Origin: Candidatus Poribacteria bacterium
GTDB lineage: Bacteria; Poribacteria; WGA-4E; WGA-3G
DNA length: 64,000 nucleotides
Reading direction: 5' to 3'
Assembly: GCA_965214045.1 (NCBI GenBank)
Contig: OZ243935.1
Location: forward strand, 2,316,994 to 2,380,993
The notes beneath the pieces are model-generated. The model made no database searches. It was not told the DNA's origin and worked only from the letters and a program-made list of their open reading frames with translations. Position numbers and translations under genes: made by a program. Shown here piece after piece: positions 27,386 to 36,137 of the stretch (position 1 is the first letter of the stretch; each line of letters opens with the position of its first letter).

Positions 27386-29992
27386 ATGCGAATTTTAATT
27401 CTGTTATTGATTTTCTGCTTTTTATCCGCTACGTGGGGCGACATTCGATTTGAAGAGGTGTCACAGCAAGCGGGAATTACACGAATCGGTGAAAGTTGGG
27501 GCAACGCTTGGGGAGACTTTGATGGCGATGGTTACCTCGATTTATGGGCTACCAACCATAAGCAAAAACCCAGCCTCTATCGCAACAACGGTGATGGGAC
27601 TTTCACGGACATTATTGACGATGTTTGGGATGCGAATCCGCATGCAGACACACACGGTGTCGCTTGGGCAGATTTTGATAATGATGGAGACCAGGATCTG
27701 ATTGTTCTCTCAGGGGGTGGAGGCGGGACCAACGCAATAAATCCGAAACACAACAACCACTTCTATGTGAATGAAAATGGAATCCTAAAGGAGAAAGCTG
27801 CGGAATTTGGTATATCGCTTCCACTCCTCCGAGGGAGATCCCCTCTGTGGTTCGACTGGAATGGCGACGGGCGACTCGATCTTCTGGTCACCGGCAAAGT
27901 CCGTCCAGACCGGGCTGGTAACCTTGTAACTTCCTCAATCTTTCAACAGACTCCCAACGGCTTTGCGAATGTTAATGAAATAGCAGGATTCCGAGTCCCT
28001 GTAGACACCTCACTGGCACAGATGACGGATCTAACAAGCGATGGGAGTATGGAGATCTTTATTGACGGTAGAACCTATCCTGGAAGTGTCTATGATACAT
28101 CGGTGAAGCCGTTTAAGGAGTTGAGTGAGATGCTTAACATCCCGAAATTGCTCTATAACGTTCGGGATGCAGTATTCATGGATTTCAGCGGTGACCTGCT
28201 TATTGATGCCTTTCTGGCACGCGGAATCACCCGTAATTATATTGATACAAGAGCAGAACGTCAAATAAGAGCATACATTCAGGTGAACACCGGTGAGAAG
28301 GGTTTTAGTTTTAAAACAGATGGTGAAATCCGATTTGAAATCCATTCCGTTTGGGCGACGCGTTTAAAGCATTTATCTATCGGTGAAGCTGGACATAGCT
28401 TAACAGCATTTGATGGGGAATTTATCCCAAACGATCCTATCCGAAATGTTGCCTCCTTTGTGTTTGTGTTGAATCTTAATGATCCAAGGGTCATTGGACT
28501 CAAGCCACGTTCCGAAAACGAACTCTGGGGGATGTACGTCGGATACACCCCAAGTTCAAGACAGTGGACCCTATTATACCATACAAAGCCTGATATCCAA
28601 ACGAATTGGACTGGATTTGAAACACTTATCCAAGCTGACCAGCCAATTGTAGAGGTGGAACCCATAAACTTTTCTACATACGAACTCTCCTACCAACCTC
28701 GCTCTGTTCTTCTAAGCAGTCAGGAAAATCAGTTCGCACCAACGGCTACTTTTTTCGGAGCGATCAACGGACGTTCTGTTGTCGCTGGCGATTTTGATAA
28801 CGATATGGACGTTGATCTCTATGTCGTCCGATCAAGTAGTATCAGCAATTTCCCAAATCATCTTTATGAAAATCGAGGAGACGGCACTTTTGTTCAGTTA
28901 GCAGGAGCAGGTGGGGCGGCCGGAAGCACACAGGGTAGAGGACAAAGCGTTACAATGGCTGACTATGATAGAGATGGATACCTTGATTTTTTTGTCACCA
29001 ACGGTAGAGGTGCCTACCCCTTTAACGAGGGACCCGATCAGCTGTTCCGCAATATCAGCAGTGGCAATAATTGGTTACAAATCGACTTAGAAGGAACCGT
29101 TTCCAATCGTGATGGAATTGGCACGAGGCTTTTCGCAACCACACCTGATGGCAAGACCCAGCTCCGAGAAAACGGCGGCGGTATCCATTGGGCGCAGCAA
29201 GATCAGAAACGCATCCACTTTGGACTCGCACAGCATGAAACAGTCAGTGAATTAGTTATCCATTGGCCCAGCGGCATCATTCAAAAATTGAAAGACATAC
29301 CGGTAAACCAAGTCTTACGGGTCGTTGAGGCTGGTGGACGAACAACACTCTCTGCAGATGTCAATCAGGATGGTCAGGTAAATATACTTGACTTTGTTCT
29401 TGTCGTTAATCATTTCGGAGAAAATCCACCTACAAATCCTCGGGCAGATGTCAACAAAGATGGTGAGGTCAGTATTTTAGATCTCGTTTGGATTCTCAGA
29501 TCGGTTGAGAGCAACCGAGGGACTGCAGCCGCACCATATCATAAGGAGTATCGGTCTACTGAAAACCGTTTATCGGATGCTGACACCGCGTTGCTCGCTT
29601 CCTTTTACGGAAAGATTGAAGAAGTATCAACAAATGCTACACATAAGGAATTAGTCAAACGTTTTTTAAAAGCATGGTTGATATCTATTGAAGAACCGTT
29701 AGATACAAAACTCCATGCCAACTATCCAAATCCGTTTAATCCAGAGACGTGGATCCCGTACCAACTCGCGAAAAATAGCGACATCACAATACGCATCTAT
29801 GATGCCTCAGGACGTATTGTACGGACGCTCTTTACTGGACATCAAACTGCTGGATATTACTTGAGCCGCGGTGAAGCAGCGTATTGGGATGGCAAAAACG
29901 AGTTAGGAGAACAGATGGCGAGTGGGGTTTACGTTTGTGAGTTAGAAACACCGACGTTCAAACAGACAAGACGACTCGTTATACTGAAATAA
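27386..29992 (+). CDS. secreted FG-GAP/VCBS (CRTAC1/ASPIC-like) repeat protein with dockerin-like repeats and a T9SS C-terminal sorting domain
   Basis: Signal peptide present. Multiple DxDxDGxxD calcium-binding/FG-GAP units (WGDFDGDGYLDLW, WADFDNDGDQDL, DFDNDMDVDLY). Two dockerin-like segments (DVNQDGQVNILDFVLVVNHFGE, ADVNKDGEVSILDL). C-terminal NYPNPFNPETWIPYQL...IRIYDASGRIVRTL...GVYVCEL matches the Por_Secre_tail pattern. Confidence 0.7.
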   Translation: MRILILLLIFCFLSATWGDIRFEEVSQQAGITRIGESWGNAWGDFDGDGYLDLWATNHKQKPSLYRNNGDGTFTDIIDDVWDANPHADTHGVAWADFDNDGDQDLIVLSGGGGGTNAINPKHNNHFYVNENGILKEKAAEFGISLPLLRGRSPLWFDWNGDGRLDLLVTGKVRPDRAGNLVTSSIFQQTPNGFANVNEIAGFRVPVDTSLAQMTDLTSDGSMEIFIDGRTYPGSVYDTSVKPFKELSEMLNIPKLLYNVRDAVFMDFSGDLLIDAFLARGITRNYIDTRAERQIRAYIQVNTGEKGFSFKTDGEIRFEIHSVWATRLKHLSIGEAGHSLTAFDGEFIPNDPIRNVASFVFVLNLNDPRVIGLKPRSENELWGMYVGYTPSSRQWTLLYHTKPDIQTNWTGFETLIQADQPIVEVEPINFSTYELSYQPRSVLLSSQENQFAPTATFFGAINGRSVVAGDFDNDMDVDLYVVRSSSISNFPNHLYENRGDGTFVQLAGAGGAAGSTQGRGQSVTMADYDRDGYLDFFVTNGRGAYPFNEGPDQLFRNISSGNNWLQIDLEGTVSNRDGIGTRLFATTPDGKTQLRENGGGIHWAQQDQKRIHFGLAQHETVSELVIHWPSGIIQKLKDIPVNQVLRVVEAGGRTTLSADVNQDGQVNILDFVLVVNHFGENPPTNPRADVNKDGEVSILDLVWILRSVESNRGTAAAPYHKEYRSTENRLSDADTALLASFYGKIEEVSTNATHKELVKRFLKAWLISIEEPLDTKLHANYPNPFNPETWIPYQLAKNSDITIRIYDASGRIVRTLFTGHQTAGYYLSRGEAAYWDGKNELGEQMASGVYVCELETPTFKQTRRLVILK

Positions 29993-30041
29993 AGGAAAAT
30001 TAGGCATGCAAGAACCTCTTAAAGGTCGGACAAAGCACGCA

Positions 30042-30131
30042 GCCCGTAATGAAATGGAGGGCGGATCTACGGAAAGGAACGTCAAATTTGAAACCGACCT
30101 GACCGAACCGCAAGATAAAATTAAAAAAGCA
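30042..30131 (+). promoter_or_regulatory. extended leader repeat with the core motif, upstream of the epimerase gene
   Basis: 88 of 94 nt identical to the 34672-34757 copy. Ends ...ccgcaagataaaattaaaaaagca, just before a TTG. Confidence 0.7.
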
Positions 30132-31112
30132 TTGGTCACAGGCGGTGCGGGCTTTATGGGCGCACACGTCGTTAATGAACTTCTCAACCAAGGTAACACA
30201 GACGTTGTTGCCCTTGATGACTTGAGCGGCGGTTTCCGTGAGAACCTGAACCCTGCCGCAACCTTTGTTGAAGGAAGCATCCTCGATGTTTCGCTAATAA
30301 ATCAACTCTGTAAGGAGTATCAATTCGATTATATCTATCATCTTGCCGCGTATGCAGCGGAGGGTCTCAGTCACTTCATCAAACGATTTAACTACCAGAA
30401 CAACCTCATCGGGAGCGTAAACCTCATCAATGCGGCAGTAAACTACAATGTCAAACGGTTTGTGTTCACCTCTTCCATTGCTGTTTACGGTGCGAATCAA
30501 CTTCCAATGCACGAAGCACTTACCCCAATGCCCGAAGATTCCTACGGTATCGCCAAATACGCTGTTGAACAGGAACTTCTTGTCGCAAAACGACTCTTTG
30601 ATCTGGATTATACCATTTTCCGTCCCCACAACGTCTACGGTGAACTCCAGAATATCGGTGACAAGTATCGAAACGTCATTGGTATTTTTATGAATAATAT
30701 TATGCAAGGGGAACCATTAGTTATCTTTGGAGACGGTGAGCAGACGCGCGCCTTCACACATATCGCCGATGTCGCTCCGCATATTGCACACTCTGTGGAT
30801 GTACCTGAAGCATCAGGAGAGGTTTTTAACGTCGGTTCGGATAAGCATGTTTCTGTCAACGAATTGGCAGACTTGGTAATGACGGCGATGGGGAAGGAAG
30901 TCCGTGTTATCAATGTGCGTGCGAGGGAAGAGGTTAAACATGCCTATTGCACACACGAAAAGTTCCACGAGGTCTTTGGAAAGACCTCGGAGGTCACGCT
31001 TCCGGAGGGTTTGGAAAGAATGGCAACATGGACGCAGTCCGTTGGACCACGAGCTTCCACCTTGTTTACTGACATCGAAATTCGCAAAAATCTACCCGAA
31101 AGCTGGAAATAG
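30132..31112 (+). CDS. NAD-dependent epimerase/dehydratase (extended SDR; UDP-sugar epimerase-like)
   Basis: Has the Rossmann motif VTGGAGFMG, a YxxxK block (YGIAKY) and a long C-terminal domain. The start is uncertain. The TTG at 30132 gives a typical M-VTGGAGF N-terminus. Upstream in-frame ATGs lie inside the leader repeat and are unlikely to be used. Confidence 0.7.
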   Translation: MVTGGAGFMGAHVVNELLNQGNTDVVALDDLSGGFRENLNPAATFVEGSILDVSLINQLCKEYQFDYIYHLAAYAAEGLSHFIKRFNYQNNLIGSVNLINAAVNYNVKRFVFTSSIAVYGANQLPMHEALTPMPEDSYGIAKYAVEQELLVAKRLFDLDYTIFRPHNVYGELQNIGDKYRNVIGIFMNNIMQGEPLVIFGDGEQTRAFTHIADVAPHIAHSVDVPEASGEVFNVGSDKHVSVNELADLVMTAMGKEVRVINVRAREEVKHAYCTHEKFHEVFGKTSEVTLPEGLERMATWTQSVGPRASTLFTDIEIRKNLPESWK

Positions 31113-31252
31113 GCAGGAGGTTAGCCGTCAGCAGTCGGTTGTCAGCAGTCGGTGAAGAGCGAATTATGGCATCAGGAAATACGCAACTGCCACAAGAATC
31201 TACCGAAAGCCGAAAGCCGAAAGCCGAAAGCCAGTATAAAACATTTTGGGTG

Positions 31253-32542
31253 ATGGCGATTACCTTTGCTGGAATGGGGTTGAGTCTTCTCGTCCGGGTC
31301 CTATTGATTCCAAAACGTTTCGGATTCGGCGATACAGCGGACGCACTCACCGCCGCATTAACGGTCGTGCTATTGGTGGATACGATTGTCCGAGAAGGTG
31401 CTAAATTCAGTCTTGTTCCAGTCTTTGTTTCAAACGAGAAGGAGATGACTCGCACGGAATACCAACGTTTCACCAATAGTCTCCTAATTTTGTTGCTGGG
31501 TATTGGTTTCGGAATTTTCATTCTGATTGAACTTTTTGCACCGTGGCTAGCTGGTGGATTGTTATCGAAATCGACTGTTGATGTGCAGAGGGTTACGGCA
31601 CTTTTGCGATTTTGTGCGCCTCTCCTTATCTTCGGATGTGGTAGTACTGTTTTGGGGGCTTTCCTAAACAGCCAGCAGCATTTCAAGACGGTTGCCCTCC
31701 GAAATGCTCTACCCGCTGGCGCCGCGGCATTTATATTTCTGTTCCTGTGGAACACGCAGCACCTTGAAAACTGGGTGGTAATGGCATACACAGGAGGATT
31801 TATCGCGTATTTTATATGGCTGTGCATCGGAGCATATCGAACGGGACATCGGTATGAATTTACAGGCGTTTCTGTGGACACGCTGCGTGATCTAAAAGAC
31901 ACGGTTACCCTGCCGACGCTCGGCTTCGGAATACGGCAAATCGTAAACCGCTTACTCGTTGAGGTGTACCTTGTTTCACAACTTGGAAGCGGAGCGATTA
32001 CGCTCTATAAGTCTGCTTTCCAAATCTTTTCAGCACTACAGACCCTTATCGGTATCAGTATTGCGACTACCGGCTTGCCTGATATGGCGGCAGCGGTGGC
32101 ACGCGATCACGACGCGACAAACGATAAAATGGAATTAGGGCGTACACTCAACCGAAACGCACGCACGGCTATCATCATCGGATTTCCAGTAACCTTGATC
32201 TTGCTGGTATTTCACGAACGGATTAGTTCGCTCTTGTATGGGAGAGGAACAATCGATCAAACGTCAATTGAATTGATAGGACAACTCCTCTTTTGGCTCA
32301 GTTCAGGAATGATATTCTCCTGTCTGATACCTGTACTAAATGCCGGACTTTACGCCCAAAAGTCCTATCGCGCTGTTTTCACAAATATGGTGACGATGGC
32401 AATCCTTAATTTTCTGCTGGCGTACGGATTAATGGAAACATGGTGGCTTCTATCTGTCTCGTTGTCTGTATCAATCACCGCGCTTCTTGCTGTTGGGAAC
32501 CTGACGTATCTCCTCCGAAGAACACGGGTATCTTGGTTCTAA
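31253..32542 (+). CDS. MOP-superfamily polysaccharide flippase (MurJ/Wzx-like)
   Basis: About 12-14 transmembrane segments, with a MurJ-like N-terminus MAITFAGMGLSLLVRVLL. The ATG at 31253 is preferred over the track start at 31139, because the upstream stretch is repeat-rich: (CCGAAAG)4 and CAGCAGTCGG copies. The starts at 31166 or 31139 remain possible. Confidence 0.6.
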   Translation: MAITFAGMGLSLLVRVLLIPKRFGFGDTADALTAALTVVLLVDTIVREGAKFSLVPVFVSNEKEMTRTEYQRFTNSLLILLLGIGFGIFILIELFAPWLAGGLLSKSTVDVQRVTALLRFCAPLLIFGCGSTVLGAFLNSQQHFKTVALRNALPAGAAAFIFLFLWNTQHLENWVVMAYTGGFIAYFIWLCIGAYRTGHRYEFTGVSVDTLRDLKDTVTLPTLGFGIRQIVNRLLVEVYLVSQLGSGAITLYKSAFQIFSALQTLIGISIATTGLPDMAAAVARDHDATNDKMELGRTLNRNARTAIIIGFPVTLILLVFHERISSLLYGRGTIDQTSIELIGQLLFWLSSGMIFSCLIPVLNAGLYAQKSYRAVFTNMVTMAILNFLLAYGLMETWWLLSVSLSVSITALLAVGNLTYLLRRTRVSWF

Positions 32543-32616
32543 CTTTTTAATTGGGGAACTCCGATAAAATGGTTGTTGGTTATCGGCTAATAGGCAAAAA
32601 TTAGTTCCGAAATCGT

Positions 32617-32704
32617 AAGCCTGCAACAACGGCGCAGGCGACTTGAGAGAAGGCACTTCAAGCATGAAACCTACTCAATTACTCCGCAAGGTAAGTTTAA
32701 AAAA
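32617..32704 (+). repeat. start-codon cassette repeat (AAGCCTGCAACAACGGCGCAGGCGAC...AGAGAAGGCAC...ATGAAAC...CCGCAAGGTAAGTTTAAAAA)
   Basis: About 90-nt homology to 42250-42337. It includes the ATG at 32664 and the first 13 codons of the sulfotransferase. Confidence 0.75.
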
Positions 32705-33638
32705 TGTTGCGGACTATCGCTACCTCATCGTAGGCGGCACCACGAAGGCGGCGACAACGTCGCTGTTTGCCTACTTGGCGGATCATCCTGCTATTTGCGC
32801 TGCCACTTACAAGGAGACTCGGTTCTTTCTCAGCAGCGATTATCCGCTTCCTTCAAAATACCGGTATAAAGATGATGTTGAGGAATACAATCTTTTGTTT
32901 CCGGATGCTGATGGAACGCAGCTTCGGATGGAATCGACCCCCGACTATCTATATTGTGACGAAGCCCGTGAGAGAATTGCCACATCTCTGCCCGAGGCAA
33001 AGTTAGTCTTCAGTCTCCGTGAACCAATTTCCAGGTTAATCTCTTGGTATCGTTTCGCGAAACAAATTGGTAAGTTGCCCCAAACTTTGAGTTTTGACGC
33101 GTATGTTGAATTGCTTTTCGCTGCTACTAATCGCCATGAAGAGACAGAAGAACAGCACTTGCAAACACTTCAGCAGGGGTGTTATACTATCTATCTGAAG
33201 CACTATTTTAACCGATTCGGTCCAGAGCGTGTCCACATCCTTTTTTATGAGGAACTCGCGGCACAACCGGCGGATGCTATGGCAAAATTGTGTGACTTCG
33301 CTGGTATTGATGCCGGTTTTTATAGCGATTACGGGTTTAAAGTAACGAATCGCACCCAGCAGATGCGAAATTCTGAGTTGCATCAAAAATATAGGGACTT
33401 CCGGTTTCGATTACGACAGTGGACGCATAACAAACCGATCATTCATACCCCGTTGCGCTCAATAAGACGAACAATTGAGCCGCTCTATCTTCGATTGAAC
33501 ACACAGACGGGTGAGAAGGCGCAGATGTCAGAAGAAACACAGCACCGTTTGATCGATTATTACACATCGGATGTTCAGGCTCTCGACGAATTGATTGGGA
33601 AACCGATACCATGGAAAACTTGGGCAAAATCCAGTTGA
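32664..33638 (+). CDS. sulfotransferase-family protein (PAPS-dependent)
   Basis: 5'-PSB P-loop YLIVGGTTKAATTSL. 3'-PB region ...SLREPISRLISWY. Confidence 0.7.
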   Translation: MKPTQLLRKVSLKNVADYRYLIVGGTTKAATTSLFAYLADHPAICAATYKETRFFLSSDYPLPSKYRYKDDVEEYNLLFPDADGTQLRMESTPDYLYCDEARERIATSLPEAKLVFSLREPISRLISWYRFAKQIGKLPQTLSFDAYVELLFAATNRHEETEEQHLQTLQQGCYTIYLKHYFNRFGPERVHILFYEELAAQPADAMAKLCDFAGIDAGFYSDYGFKVTNRTQQMRNSELHQKYRDFRFRLRQWTHNKPIIHTPLRSIRRTIEPLYLRLNTQTGEKAQMSEETQHRLIDYYTSDVQALDELIGKPIPWKTWAKSS

Positions 33639-34534
33639 TGATTGTTGGCGCACAGAAGGCAGGGACCTCCTCACTCCTCCGCTACTTGGCGCAGCATCCC
33701 GATATCCACACGCACGCACAACCAGAGATGACCTTCTTTCTCCAAGCGCGTGAATATACGCGCGGATATGAATGGGCTTTTGGGAAATACTTTGATGGAG
33801 AGAATTCCGACGATGAGATTAAGGATAAACATCTGATCGCTAAGAATGTAATGGTGATGCATTCGCCGGACGTTATGCAACGGATTTATGAACACAATCC
33901 GCATATACACATCGTTGTCCTCCTACGGGAACCTGTGGCACGTGCCTATTCTGCCTATTGGTGGGCTCGGCGGAGAGGGTGGGAGAACATCAAAACTTAT
34001 GAAGAGGCACTGGCTGCCGAGGAAGCGCGCCTGAACGAAGGCTGGTTTAAATGGCGACAATGTGCTTATCAATACAATGGCATCTATTATCCACATGTCA
34101 AGCGTCTGATGACCCAATTTGGCTCCAATCACGTGCATTGTGTCTTAACCGATGATTTGAAGGATAACGCCGAAGCTGTCTGTCAGCAACTCTTTGATCG
34201 CATGGGTATCAGTGCGAATTTCAGTCCCACAATAGGTGAACGGCATAACAAAGCCGCGCTGCCGCGTTCCGAAAAATTCAACTTTTTCTTTACGCAATTT
34301 TTAGCATCCCACAATCCACTCAGAAAAGCGATTCGGAAATTGCTACCTGATGCCACTGCTTACAAGTTGAGAAAAGCCGTTTTGGAGTGGAACGACAAGC
34401 CTGCGGAAAATATGGATTCAGCACCGCCTCCGATTAATCCACAGACGCGTGAACGCCAGATGGCATATTTCAAACCGTTTAACGAACAATTAGTCGAATT
34501 ATTAGGCAGAGATCTTTCGTCTTGGGATTTTTAA
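33611..34534 (+). CDS. sulfotransferase-family protein (heparan-sulfate N/3-O-sulfotransferase-like fold)
   Basis: MIVGAQKAGTSSLLRYL (5'-PSB) and VLLREPVARAYSAY (3'-PB). The start overlaps the previous gene's stop. Confidence 0.7.
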   Translation: MENLGKIQLMIVGAQKAGTSSLLRYLAQHPDIHTHAQPEMTFFLQAREYTRGYEWAFGKYFDGENSDDEIKDKHLIAKNVMVMHSPDVMQRIYEHNPHIHIVVLLREPVARAYSAYWWARRRGWENIKTYEEALAAEEARLNEGWFKWRQCAYQYNGIYYPHVKRLMTQFGSNHVHCVLTDDLKDNAEAVCQQLFDRMGISANFSPTIGERHNKAALPRSEKFNFFFTQFLASHNPLRKAIRKLLPDATAYKLRKAVLEWNDKPAENMDSAPPPINPQTRERQMAYFKPFNEQLVELLGRDLSSWDF

Positions 34535-34610
34535 TTTTTTTTGATTTTACCTTGCGGAGTAACAACGTGCGTTTGGACTTTGACATGCGTTCCTTAAATC
34601 TGAAGAAATA
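34528..34610 (-). repeat. reverse-complement copy of the core motif plus a conserved 3' module immediately after a sulfotransferase stop
   Basis: ttttaattttttttgattttaccttgcgg is the reverse complement of ccgcaaggtaaaatcaaaa... It is followed by agtaacaacgtgcgtttggactttgacatgcgttcc. The same module occurs at 38906-38985. Confidence 0.7.
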
Positions 34611-34671
34611 CCCTATCAAAAACCCTGTGCCGTTGTTGCAGACTACTGTCTTGGGTAAACTAAAACCCATA

Positions 34672-34757
34672 GCCCGTAATGTAATGGAGGGCGGATTTAC
34701 GGAAAGGAACGTTAAACTTGAAACCGACCTGACCGAACCGCAAGGTAAACTTAAAAA
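34672..34757 (+). promoter_or_regulatory. extended leader repeat ending at the ATG of the next gene
   Basis: gcccgtaatgtaatggagggcggatttacggaaaggaacgttaaacttgaaaccgacctgaccgaaccgcaaggtaaacttaaaaa followed by ATG 34758. Confidence 0.75.
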
Positions 34758-36137
34758 ATGATTTACTTTTTAACAGGATACGTTGCTTTTGAAGAGTTTA
34801 TACTGAAGTTTTTACCTGTCAGCGACGCTATCTACTCCTATTTAAGATTCTTCGGCGAAATAATCATCTATATCGCTTTTGGAAGACTCGTTATCCATAA
34901 ACTCCACAGAGGCATTCCTTTTGTAAAGACGGCAATAGACTTGCCGATTATCGGTTTTTACAGCGTTGTCCTCCTCTCAATGCTCATAAATAGCTCGCCT
35001 TTGATAGGGAGTCTTTACAACATCCGACCGTTTGCCCGATATATTGTCCTCTTCTATCTCATCGCGAATTCTGCTTTGTCGGAGAGACGGATTACAACCC
35101 TTTTACGCATAATTCTTGTGGTGGGGGTCTTCCAACTTGTCGCGGGTATAGTTCAGTGGGTGGGCGGACCCGCCGCGTTCGATTTCTTCCTACCTCGCGA
35201 ATCAACACTCACCATCGGTGGGTTCACCAAAGAGTACAGATTGCTTGAACTCGGCAGAGAGATTGGCAGCGTCTACGGTACTTTAGGAGATACCGTAATT
35301 TACGGTGTCTTTATGATTCTTGTTCTTGTTATCTATCTTTCTCGTATTCGGCGACTCGAATATCTGAATCTGCTCGGTGCAGTGATACTGTTTTTCTTTA
35401 TCGCGCGTTCGTATTCACGCGCCGCAACCTTCTCCGCCCTTCTCGCGGGTGGCGCGTGGTTCCTCTTCCACCACGGTTGGAAAAAGACCCTTCGTTTGGC
35501 AGTAGCGACTGTCCTCATCTTTGGAATTCTACTGGTAATGGCAAACCCATTTAACCTTGAATATATAAACCCGCGCAAAGCAAGGGTTGGACTCGTCGGC
35601 AACGTAACAGGCGTATTTTCCGGGTCCTATGTCCGTGTCGCGCAGAAACAGCGGCTCGGAGCGTTGATCGGAAATGTCCCAACGGTGCTTGTTAACAAGC
35701 CGATCTTAGGGTATGGTGCCGACCAGAACAGCACGATTGAGAGACTTAATATGAGCAAACGCTCATTCCTGCTTAAAGTCCTCAGTAAGAACGGCTTCAA
35801 GGATGTGTATTGGGTAGCCATCCTATGTTTCTATGGCATATTGGGACTGGGTTTCTTCGCTTTGATATTTTACCAACTCTTTCGCGCTGCGCTGCGGCTT
35901 TACAAGAGGTCAACCAGTTCATCTTCTGCTATGGAGAGAGGTGCCCCTACCTCACGTGTAACACAACGGATCGCTATTATCATGCTCTGTCTCGTCGCTG
36001 TTACTGTATTTTTACTTTTCTTTAATCGAACGCTTGAATTTCGAGGGTATGGGTTCTACTTCTGGCTCTGTGCCGGTCTCATGTTTGCCAGTGATAGATC
36101 GCTCCCGACCTATAGACCCCTGAGGGTAACATTATGA
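34758..36137 (+). CDS. polytopic membrane protein, O-antigen ligase/polymerase (Wzy/WaaL)-like
   Basis: About 10-12 transmembrane segments with a larger periplasmic loop. Position and topology fit a Wzy-type polymerase or ligase. The call rests on topology and context. Confidence 0.5.
   Translation: MIYFLTGYVAFEEFILKFLPVSDAIYSYLRFFGEIIIYIAFGRLVIHKLHRGIPFVKTAIDLPIIGFYSVVLLSMLINSSPLIGSLYNIRPFARYIVLFYLIANSALSERRITTLLRIILVVGVFQLVAGIVQWVGGPAAFDFFLPRESTLTIGGFTKEYRLLELGREIGSVYGTLGDTVIYGVFMILVLVIYLSRIRRLEYLNLLGAVILFFFIARSYSRAATFSALLAGGAWFLFHHGWKKTLRLAVATVLIFGILLVMANPFNLEYINPRKARVGLVGNVTGVFSGSYVRVAQKQRLGALIGNVPTVLVNKPILGYGADQNSTIERLNMSKRSFLLKVLSKNGFKDVYWVAILCFYGILGLGFFALIFYQLFRAALRLYKRSTSSSSAMERGAPTSRVTQRIAIIMLCLVAVTVFLLFFNRTLEFRGYGFYFWLCAGLMFASDRSLPTYRPLRVTL

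Noticed and set aside
30054-30131. In-frame ATGs inside the leader repeats, giving peptides such as MEGGSTERNVKFETDLTEPQDKIKK, MEGGFTERNVKLETDLTEPQGKLKK and MKWRATLREGR
   Set aside because: Differences between copies are not biased toward synonymous sites. One copy has a stop right after its first ATG (ATGTAATGG). Downstream genes start after the repeat. These are treated as non-coding leader.
32704-32733. The ATG at the canonical 12-nt distance from the core motif inside the sulfotransferase gene, as an alternative start
   Set aside because: It is out of frame with the sulfotransferase and opens only a 9-codon ORF. The in-frame ATG at 32664, preceded by AGAGAAGG, is the better start.
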